Below, piece by piece: positions 1 through 6,344 of a DNA stretch of 16,840 nucleotides. The notes under the pieces are model-generated. The model saw nothing but the letters and a program-made list of their open reading frames with translations, was not told the origin of the DNA and made no database searches. The stretch comes from Elusimicrobiota bacterium (GTDB lineage: Bacteria > Elusimicrobiota > Elusimicrobia > Elusimicrobiales > UBA9959), in NCBI GenBank assembly GCA_037137395.1, contig JBAXKK010000058.1, positions 1 through 16,840 on the forward strand. Direction: 5' to 3'. The translations under genes were made by a program, and so were the position numbers. The first letter of the stretch is position 1. Each line of letters opens with the position of its first letter.

Positions 1-121
1 CAATCCACCTTAGGAAGAGCCTAATACCAGTCTAGACTCTCCCGACCACCTCAGCGTCCGTAACGGCTCGCGCGGATGGTGGGGTATTAAACCTGTATAT
101 CTGGCTGCATCAGGCGGCTAT

Positions 122-853
122 GTGGAGGATATTGGCGGGTATCGCATTCACACTTTTACCACCAGCGGCGCGATTACATTTATCGCCGCGGGTGATGTTG
201 AAGTCCTTGTCGTTGCCGGCGGAGGAGGCGGAGGCTATGGTGCTGCTGGCGGTGGCGGCGCCGGCGGGTTGATTTATCGTGCTACTTATCCGGTTCTCGC
301 GCAGCAATATACTGTAACTGTCGGTAATGGGGGCGGGGATAGAGCAAGCGGGCAAAACAGTGTTTTTTCAGACTTAACCGCTGTTGGCGGGGGTTATGGT
401 TCGAGTGGAAATGGCGCAGCCGGTGGTTCCGGTGGCGGCGGCGGGTATCAGGGAAGTATAGGCGGAAGCGGAACTACGGGACAGGGGCATGATGGCGGCA
501 GGGGTTACGCCGCCGATTATTATCCGTCGGGCGGCGGCGGCGGCGCGGGTGCGGCTGGAGAAACTCCTGCGGATGGTAATGATGTTGGCCCGCATAATGG
601 CGGAGTAGGTCTTCAATATTCACAATTCCCCGGCGGTTCTCCGGCTGGTTGGTTCGCCGGCGGCGGCGGTGAGGGTGGTTCTGATCAGGGTTCTGCTGCA
701 GGCGCAGGTGGTACCGGCGGCGGCGGCGCGGGTTCTGTTCACGGAACAGCCACAAGCGGAACGGTTAATACCGGTGGCGGTGGTGGCGGCACGCATACTG
801 GCACGGCGGGAGCCGGTGGCTCCGGCATAGTAATCATCCGCTATCTGAAATAA
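122..853 (+). CDS. Glycine-rich domain protein (C-terminal part; true start uncertain, possibly truncated)
   Basis: Translation has the motifs of a widespread Gly-rich domain: GGYRIHTFTTSG, VEVLVVAGGGGGG, NTGGGGGG and terminal GGSGIVIIRY. The frame is open upstream of the GTG at 122 back to position 14 (in-frame TAG at 11-13) with no ATG. Confidence 0.7.
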   Translation: MEDIGGYRIHTFTTSGAITFIAAGDVEVLVVAGGGGGGYGAAGGGGAGGLIYRATYPVLAQQYTVTVGNGGGDRASGQNSVFSDLTAVGGGYGSSGNGAAGGSGGGGGYQGSIGGSGTTGQGHDGGRGYAADYYPSGGGGGAGAAGETPADGNDVGPHNGGVGLQYSQFPGGSPAGWFAGGGGEGGSDQGSAAGAGGTGGGGAGSVHGTATSGTVNTGGGGGGTHTGTAGAGGSGIVIIRYLK

Positions 854-932
854 ATCGGGCTATCGCGGGGCCACACTACGGGGCCAGGTCTTGAAATTTA
901 GCGTTTTCGCACTATTGTAAAAAAAGGTAGTA

Positions 933-955
933 AAAAAGGTAGCGTCTACTTTTTT
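933..955 (+). terminator. Possible intrinsic terminator-like hairpin after the Gly-rich gene
   Basis: AAAAAGGTAG-cgt-CTACTTTTTT stem-loop with A/T tracts on both sides; the left arm TAAAAAA(A)GGTAG is tandemly duplicated (918-930, 931-942). The stem is weak. Confidence 0.35.
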
Positions 956-1002
956 AGGAGTAATCCGGGGACGGTGATGAATGGCACTAACTTAAGCCCT
1001 AA

Positions 1003-1308
1003 CCTGAAAGTTGCAGTTGCAACTTTCCGCCCGCACTGCGGGCGCCCATTCGGGAGGCATAGTCACGCATAAACCGCATAGCGGTTTTGCGCGACCCCGC
1101 CTCGGTGTTTTCGCTGCGCAGGAAAACACCTGCGGCCTTGCGGCCCGGACGCGAGGCATAATTATGCCTCGTTCTAAGCCGGGCCTCACCTTCTCGGATA
1201 CATCGCACATAGCGCTTGATCCTCGACCCGCTGCTGCGGAGAATCCTGCAGAATAATTCTGTTCCTTGATTTTATCAATGAGATATACCTTAAACTGCAG
1301 GATTCAGG
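1003..1308. mobile_element. Nested 306-bp MITE with CCTGAA ends (IS1380-like, family tentative)
   Basis: Imperfect 16-bp TIRs CCTGAAAGTTGCAGTT (1003-1018) / AACTGCAGGATTCAGG (1293-1308), 13/16 match. 4-bp direct repeat CTAA on both sides (999-1002, 1309-1312). Both ends recur elsewhere in the window. Confidence 0.75.
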
Positions 1309-1371
1309 CTAACCGGCAATTTTCCCCGGTTTTCGCTTTTTAACCGTCCGCAGTTCAGGTTTTATGTGTTA

Positions 1372-1466
1372 CGTCTTTCCGGCGAAAGCCGGAATCCAGA
1401 TATTCTTGATGCTGGATACCGGCTTTCCCCCCAGTTTTCACGGTGGGACAAGTCGCCGGTAGGACG
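1372..1466. repeat. Palindromic REP/dRS3-like repeat unit (GTC.TTCCGGCGAAAGCCGGAATCCAG ... CTGGATACCGGCTTT..CGCCGGTA.GAC)
   Basis: Internal hairpin TTCCGGC-GAAA-GCCGGAA, arm ATCCAG..CTGGAT and outer CGTC..GACG. The right half is interrupted by a ~27-bp insert (CCCCCCAGTTTTCACGGTGGGACAAGT). Matches my recollection of the common GTCATTCC(C/G)GCGAAAGC(G/C)GGAATCCA repeat class. Confidence 0.65.
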
Positions 1467-1615
1467 ACCGGCTTCCGTCGGTGAGACGAACCAATGAGAC
1501 TTTTAGACCAAAAGCGCCTTAAGTTAGTGCCATTCGGGACGGTGATGTTATCGGTAATGCTCCTCGCAATCTGTAAAAGGGGCGCTTAAATCGTTTTATG
1601 CCGGAACAGAATATG

Positions 1616-1624
1616 TGATATACT
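1616..1624 (+). promoter_or_regulatory. Putative extended -10 promoter element for ATPase 1
   Basis: TGaTATACT (TGn + -10 hexamer) about 40 nt upstream of ATG 1666; no convincing -35. Confidence 0.4.
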
Positions 1625-1665
1625 GTTCTGTAGAAAAACAATATCCCGGAGGGACTTCCTACGCT

Positions 1666-2934
1666 ATGAACGAAATATTTGACGAATGGGATGCGTATGC
1701 GCTGAAAAAGAACCTTATCCCGCGGGCTTTAGACCCGGAAAAGATCCTGCGCGAGTCGGCTCTTAAAATAGTCGCGCTTACAGGAATACGCCGCTGCGGC
1801 AAATCAAGCGCGCTTATCCTGCTCAGGCAGAAGCTTGAGCGGGAAGGTAAAAAGGCCGCATATCTGAACCTTGAGGACAGCAGGATCAAGGATTCCCCGT
1901 CCCTGCTTGATGACATCCTTAAATGGTTCGGGGATTCCGGCTGTCTTTTACTGGATGAAATCACCAACGCCGCGGACTGGGAAGGCTGGTTGTCAAGAAA
2001 TCACGAGATGCTGAAAGGCCGGCTGAACCTGGTCATAAGTTCTTCCCGCAGTTCGCTGGCCAGACCCTCAAAAGCGCTGAGGGGAAGGATCGCGGCGCAT
2101 GAGCTCGGGCCCCTTTCATTGCCTGAATTTCTGAAATTCAAGCAAGTACAGGTGGAACCGACCACTGCGGGAACAGGGAGATGGGAAAAAGCTTTTTCCG
2201 ATTATCTCATTTACGGCGGCTTCCCTGAAGTGGCGCTCACCGCGGACAGAACAGACAGAGTCAGGCTGATTGGCTCCTACTTTCGTGATATAGTCGGGTT
2301 GGATGTGGCTGAAATTTCATCCTCGGAAATATCCGCTGTTGAAACGTTTGGGAAATACATAATTGAAGCGCCGTATTTTTCGGCTTCAAAATGCCTGCGT
2401 TTTTTTCAAACGCTCGGCCATAAGATCGGTAAGTCAAAACTGCTCCAGCTTGAAAAATACGCGCAGGACAGTTATCTTTTTTTCTTCGTTCCTATCTTCT
2501 CTCATACCATCAAGGACCGGGCTCAATACCCCCGCAAGGCGTATCAAGGCGACACCGGATTCCTTTATGCCATAAGCGGCCGGACCGACATGGGCAGACT
2601 TTTTGAGAACGCGGTCTACCTGGAACTGCGCCGCAGGCTTTCCCCCATGATGGATATTCATTATTGGAAAGATCCGGATGGAGCGGAGACGGATTTTGTC
2701 GTTCGCGAAGGGCTGCGGGCCGTGAAAATTATTCAGGCATGCTATTCCATAAAAGACAGAAAAACGGAAATGCGCGAAACCAGCGGCCTTGTCGCCTGCG
2801 CCCGGAAATTAGGATTATCCGGGGGAACGATAGTTACAGTAAGTGAAGAAGGTGTAAAAAAGATTGAAGGTGTAAAAATCCGCTTCGTCCCTTTTAGAAA
2901 ATGGCTGGCAGCCCCGGGTCTCGGCAAACCATAA
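1666..2934 (+). CDS. ATP-binding protein, AAA_14 + DUF4143 family (ATPase 1)
   Basis: Walker A GIRRCGKS, YLNLED, Walker B LLLDEI, YLIYGGFPE, PRKAY..DTG, GRLFENAVYLEL, and C-terminal ETDFVV..IIQACY (PD-(D/E)XK-like). ATG 1666 (GGAGGG at 1648-1653) is preferred over the ORF-track GTG 1615, which overlaps the putative -10. Confidence 0.88.
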   Translation: MNEIFDEWDAYALKKNLIPRALDPEKILRESALKIVALTGIRRCGKSSALILLRQKLEREGKKAAYLNLEDSRIKDSPSLLDDILKWFGDSGCLLLDEITNAADWEGWLSRNHEMLKGRLNLVISSSRSSLARPSKALRGRIAAHELGPLSLPEFLKFKQVQVEPTTAGTGRWEKAFSDYLIYGGFPEVALTADRTDRVRLIGSYFRDIVGLDVAEISSSEISAVETFGKYIIEAPYFSASKCLRFFQTLGHKIGKSKLLQLEKYAQDSYLFFFVPIFSHTIKDRAQYPRKAYQGDTGFLYAISGRTDMGRLFENAVYLELRRRLSPMMDIHYWKDPDGAETDFVVREGLRAVKIIQACYSIKDRKTEMRETSGLVACARKLGLSGGTIVTVSEEGVKKIEGVKIRFVPFRKWLAAPGLGKP

Positions 2935-2955
2935 CAGCAACAGGGGACGTAGATG

Positions 2956-2991
2956 CTAACCTGAAAGTTGCAACTGCAACTTTCAGGTTAG
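2956..2991. repeat. Perfect 16-bp-stem palindrome derived from the left end of the inner MITE
   Basis: CTAACCTGAAAGTTGC-aact-GCAACTTTCAGGTTAG; 2963-2991 is the exact 29-bp reverse complement of 999-1027. Confidence 0.85.
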
Positions 2992-3144
2992 TATCGTTCA
3001 TCTCGCCCCCGAAAACTTAAAACTACAAGAATATATTACACTATTTTAATTTGGTCCGTAAGCGCCGAAAGACTATTTCCGACTTGTGTGGAAAAAATAG
3101 TTCGAGTGGCCTGCATTTTCTGAAACTGTAGTATGTTCACCTAT

Positions 3145-3195
3145 ATGTTAAAATACATGTGTGTAATTTAACATGATGGTTAAATATGCTATAGT
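3145..3195 (+). promoter_or_regulatory. Putative leaderless promoter and overlapping palindromic operator sites for ATPase 2
   Basis: TGcTATAGT (3187-3195) ends 6 nt before ATG 3202 and there is no SD. Inverted repeats ATGTTAAA(3145-3152)/TTTAACAT(3167-3174) and ATTTAAC(3166-3172)/GTTAAAT(3179-3185). Confidence 0.55.
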
Positions 3196-3201
3196 GCCTG
3201 T

Positions 3202-4320
3202 ATGAAAAAAACAATCAGATATCTCGCCAAACAGATATTAAAAGACCTTGATAAAAAAATGGTGTTTGTCGGCGGCCCGCGGCAAGTAGGGAAAACAACG
3301 CTGGCTAAATCGCTGCTGACGAATCCCGCGGGATATCTGAATTGGGATGCGCCGGAGCATCGGGAGAAGATCCTTTCCGGACAATTACCGGACTCCGATT
3401 TTGTTGTCTTTGATGAAATACATAAGTATAGGCATTGGCGTAATTATCTTAAGGGATTCTATGATCTACGCGGAGAAGATAAAAAAATAATAGTTACCGG
3501 CAGCGCCAGGCTGGACATATACCGATTCGGAGGGGATTCTTTGCAGGGGCGCTATCACTATTTGCGCCTTCACCCGCTCTCCGCCGCCGAACTCGGTATT
3601 TCCTCGCAAAAAGATTTTATGGAATTATTACAGTTAGGCGGCTTCCCCGAGCCTTTTTTCAGTTCCTCGGAAATTGACGCTAAACGCTGGTCAAGAGAAT
3701 ATCGTACGCGCTTAATTCGTGAGGATATATTGGGGCTTGAGCACATTCAGGACATAGGTCAGCTTGAATTATTAATACTTCGTTTGCCCGAACTTGTGGG
3801 CAGTCCCTTATCCGTTAATTCATTGCGGGAGGATTTACAGGTAGCGCATAAAACCATTGAGCGCTGGATACAGACTTTAGAGAGGATGTACGCGGTGTTT
3901 AGGCTCTCGCCGTTCGGTGGTCCTGAAATTAAAGCCGTTAAAAAAGAAAAGAAGCATTATCATTACGACTGGTCTTTGATAAAAGATTTGCCCGCGCGTT
4001 TTGAAAACATGGTCGCATCACACCTTCTTAAATGGGTGCAATTTGAGGAAGACGCCAAGGGTAGGGATATTGAACTCAGGTATTTGAGGGATATAGGCGG
4101 CCGCGAAGTTGACTTTGTTATTATGGAAGACGGCGCTCCCATAGAGTTTCTGGAATGCAAATGGAGCGACAGGGATATTTCAGGCGCGTTAAAATACGTA
4201 CATGCGCGCTATCCGAAAGTTAAAGCCACTCAGGTTTATGCGGAGGGGTCCGCGGATTATGTGTCTAAGGACGGTATAGCCGTTATGCCGGCGGTAAAAT
4301 ATCTGTCGCGCTTAATATAG
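3202..4320 (+). CDS. ATP-binding protein, AAA_14 + DUF4143 family (ATPase 2)
   Basis: Walker A GPRQVGKTT, YLNWD, Walker B VVFDEIHK, IVTGSA, SLQGRY, GGFPEP, RFENMVASHL, and C-terminal EVDFVI..FLECKW (PD-(D/E)XK-like). Confidence 0.92.
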   Translation: MKKTIRYLAKQILKDLDKKMVFVGGPRQVGKTTLAKSLLTNPAGYLNWDAPEHREKILSGQLPDSDFVVFDEIHKYRHWRNYLKGFYDLRGEDKKIIVTGSARLDIYRFGGDSLQGRYHYLRLHPLSAAELGISSQKDFMELLQLGGFPEPFFSSSEIDAKRWSREYRTRLIREDILGLEHIQDIGQLELLILRLPELVGSPLSVNSLREDLQVAHKTIERWIQTLERMYAVFRLSPFGGPEIKAVKKEKKHYHYDWSLIKDLPARFENMVASHLLKWVQFEEDAKGRDIELRYLRDIGGREVDFVIMEDGAPIEFLECKWSDRDISGALKYVHARYPKVKATQVYAEGSADYVSKDGIAVMPAVKYLSRLI

Positions 4321-4329
4321 CGCTGTCAG

Positions 4330-4360
4330 AAAAGCCCGGGGAATGTGCCCCCGAGGTTTT
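4330..4360 (+). terminator. Possible intrinsic terminator after ATPase 2
   Basis: Imperfect GC-rich stem (CGGGG..CCCCG) flanked by AAAAGCC / GGTTTT, about 10 nt after the stop codon. Confidence 0.4.
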
Positions 4361-4361
4361 A

Positions 4362-4390
4362 TTGTCATCTTTTAAAATATATTGTAGTAT
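4362..4390 (+). promoter_or_regulatory. Sigma70-type promoter for tRNA-Val/thrS
   Basis: -35 TTGTCA (4362-4367), 17-nt AT-rich spacer, -10 TAGTAT (4385-4390), 9 nt upstream of the tRNA 5' end. Confidence 0.7.
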
Positions 4391-4399
4391 TTATGAATA

Positions 4400-4474
4400 G
4401 CCCAGTTGGCGCAGCGGTAGCGCGTTCCCTTGACATGGGAAAGGTCATAGGTTCGATCCCTATACTGGGCACCA
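4400..4474 (+). tRNA. tRNA-Val (anticodon GAC)
   Basis: Cloverleaf: acceptor GCCCAGT/ACTGGGC, D arm GCGC/GCGC, anticodon stem TTCCC/GGGAA with loop TT-GAC-AT (GAC 4432-4434), T arm ATAGG-TTCGATC-CCTAT, encoded ACCA end. Confidence 0.97.
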
Positions 4475-4482
4475 TTTTTAGC

Positions 4483-4563
4483 AGGGGACAGGGTAAAGGG
4501 TGCAGGGTTTAGGGGTAATGAGTGCCTTAAATCTCTACCCTATATCGCACCCTCTACCCTTTC
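4483..4563. repeat. Heptamer array family A (AGGGTNN)n with a complementary (NNACCCT)n arm
   Basis: AGGGGAC AGGGTAA AGGGTGC AGGGTTT AGGGGTA (4483-4517); arm GCACCCTCTACCCT (4547-4560) is 13/14 complementary to 4490-4503. Confidence 0.75.
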
Positions 4564-4570
4564 TTACTTT

Positions 4571-6328
4571 ATGGCAGAAGAAAAAAAAGACGGTTTTATT
4601 GAGATGATGCGGCATTCCCTGGCGCATGTGATGGCGCAGGCGGTGGTTGAGTTGTTCCCGGGCGCTAAATTGGCCATCGGCCCCTCGATAGAGAACGGCT
4701 TCTATTACGATTTTGATTCCGAACACCATTTCACCCCCGAAGACCTGCCCAAAATAGAAAAAAAGATGAAGCACATCATCGCGCAAGCCCAGAAGTTCGA
4801 GCGCATCGAACTTACCCGGGACGCGGCGCTGCGCCATTTTGAAGAGAAGGGGGAGAAGTTTAAGGTGGAGCTTATTAACGATCTGCCCGCCGCTGAGCCA
4901 ATAAGCATTTATAAAAACGGCCCCTTTGAAGATCTCTGCCGCGGTCCCCATGTGGCCCATACCGGCCTGCTCAAGGCTTACAAGCTCGTTTCCATCGCCG
5001 GCGCTTACTGGCGCGGCGACGAGAAGCGGCCCATGCTCCAGCGCATCTACGCGGTCGCCTTTGAGACCAAAGAAGAGCTGGACGCCTATATTAAACAGCA
5101 GGAAGAAGCCGCCAAGCGCGATCACCGCAAGCTCGGCAAGCAGCTTGATCTCTACAGCATAAATGAAACCGTGGGGCCCGGCCTGGTACTTTGGCACCCT
5201 AACGGCGCCCGCATCCGTAACGCCATAGAGACCTTCTGGAAGGAAGAACATTCTAAAGGCGGGTACGACCTTATTTATACGCCCCATATCGGCAGGGCCA
5301 ATCTCTGGCAGACCTCGGGCCACCTGGATTTCTACAAGGATTCCATGTACGCCCCGATGGATATAGACGGCATAGATTATTACGCTAAGCCGATGAACTG
5401 CCCGTTCCACATACAGATATACCAGAGTTCTCTTCACTCTTATCGCGATTTGCCGCTCAGATGGGCGGAGCTTGGCACGGTTTATCGTTTTGAAAAAGCC
5501 GGGGTTCTGCACGGCCTCATGCGCGTGCGCGGGTTTACCCAGGACGACGCTCATATTATCTGCACGCCGGAACAGATGGAGGCGGAGACGCTTGAAGTGT
5601 TGCGTTTCAGCCTGAGTATCTGGCGCGCTTTCGGATTTACCGATATCAAGGCTTATCTCGCCACGCGCCCCGCCGACGCCGTGGGGGAACCGGCGCGCTG
5701 GGAAGAAGCCCAGAAAAGTCTGCTGGCCGCCGTTAATAAAGAGGGGATAAAAGTTGAGATGGATGAAGGCGGCGGCGCTTTCTACGGCCCCAAAATAGAT
5801 CTTAAGGTGAAAGATTCGCTCGGCCGGGAATGGCAGACCACGACAATCCAGTTCGATTTCAATCTGCCCGAACGCTTCCAGATGGAATACACCGGCGCGG
5901 ACGGTCACAGGCACAGGCCGTATATGCTCCACCGGGCGCTGCTGGGTTCGCTTGAGCGGTTCTTCGGCATTCTGATAGAGCACTTCGCCGGCAATTTTCC
6001 GCTTTGGCTCGCCCCCGTGCAGGTTAAGGTGCTGAATATTACTTCGCTTGAAGAAGGCTACGCCAGCGAGATAGCGGCCAAACTGAAGGCTGCCGGTCTC
6101 AGGGTGGTCTCAGATTTGCGTTCCGATACCATCTCCTCCAAAGTCCGCGACGCCGCGAACGAGAAAGTCCCCTACGCTCTTATAGTCGGCAAAAAAGAAA
6201 TGGCAGAGGGCAAAGTCTCACTGCGGCTGAGGGGAAACCAGAGCGTTTACGGCCTTGACCTCGCAGAGGTGACGGCGAACCTGGTGAAAGAGGCAGCCGA
6301 AAGACGCCTGACCAATTCTTACAGCTAA
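4571..6328 (+). CDS. thrS: Threonine--tRNA ligase (short form lacking the N-terminal TGS domain)
   Basis: RHSLAHVMAQAV and DLCRGPHV editing-domain motifs, GAYWRGDE, RDHRKLG, KPMNCP, GLMRVRGFTQDDAH, GAFYGPKID, HRALLGSLERF, and the C-terminal anticodon-binding domain. Confidence 0.98.
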   Translation: MAEEKKDGFIEMMRHSLAHVMAQAVVELFPGAKLAIGPSIENGFYYDFDSEHHFTPEDLPKIEKKMKHIIAQAQKFERIELTRDAALRHFEEKGEKFKVELINDLPAAEPISIYKNGPFEDLCRGPHVAHTGLLKAYKLVSIAGAYWRGDEKRPMLQRIYAVAFETKEELDAYIKQQEEAAKRDHRKLGKQLDLYSINETVGPGLVLWHPNGARIRNAIETFWKEEHSKGGYDLIYTPHIGRANLWQTSGHLDFYKDSMYAPMDIDGIDYYAKPMNCPFHIQIYQSSLHSYRDLPLRWAELGTVYRFEKAGVLHGLMRVRGFTQDDAHIICTPEQMEAETLEVLRFSLSIWRAFGFTDIKAYLATRPADAVGEPARWEEAQKSLLAAVNKEGIKVEMDEGGGAFYGPKIDLKVKDSLGREWQTTTIQFDFNLPERFQMEYTGADGHRHRPYMLHRALLGSLERFFGILIEHFAGNFPLWLAPVQVKVLNITSLEEGYASEIAAKLKAAGLRVVSDLRSDTISSKVRDAANEKVPYALIVGKKEMAEGKVSLRLRGNQSVYGLDLAEVTANLVKEAAERRLTNSYS

Positions 6329-6344
6329 TCAGCGGGAGTGTGAC

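Larger units (their letters stand above)
979..1535. mobile_element. Non-autonomous IS4-family-like element (MITE), 557 bp
   Basis: Perfect 18-bp terminal inverted repeats GAATGGCACTAACTTAAG (979-996) / CTTAAGTTAGTGCCATTC (1518-1535). Exact 11-bp flanking direct repeat GGGACGGTGAT (968-978, 1536-1546). The TIR resembles the IS4 end (TAATGCCGATCAGTTAAG) and the TSD length fits IS4. No transposase ORF inside. Confidence 0.9.

Noticed and set aside
200..830. GGC-rich repeats in the first ORF as a DNA repeat element
   Set aside because: Explained by poly-glycine codons.
867..906. GGGGCCA direct repeat / GGGGCCAGGTCTTGAA as a RAYT-associated REP end
   Set aside because: The resemblance is from memory only; there is no partner copy and no RAYT gene in the window.
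992..1256. Short ORFs (69-81 aa) within the nested MITE as transposase or cargo
   Set aside because: No DDE/HUH motifs; they run through palindromes and element ends and have no clear RBS.
1615..1665. GTG 1615 start for ATPase 1
   Set aside because: Overlaps the putative -10 element and lacks an SD; ATG 1666 has GGAGGG upstream. Not fully excluded.
4400..4474. tRNA-Val as the attachment site of an integrated island covering 1-4320
   Set aside because: No integrase and no duplicate of the tRNA end seen in the window; the accessory genes lie 5' of the tRNA.
4475..4570. T-box riboswitch or E. coli-type thrS operator
   Set aside because: The spacer is only 96 nt, has no T-box consensus or recognisable Thr anticodon-mimic loop, and is explained by array family A.
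4535..5983. 482-aa minus-strand ORF
   Set aside because: Antisense shadow of thrS with no recognisable motifs; expected from codon bias in GC-rich genes.
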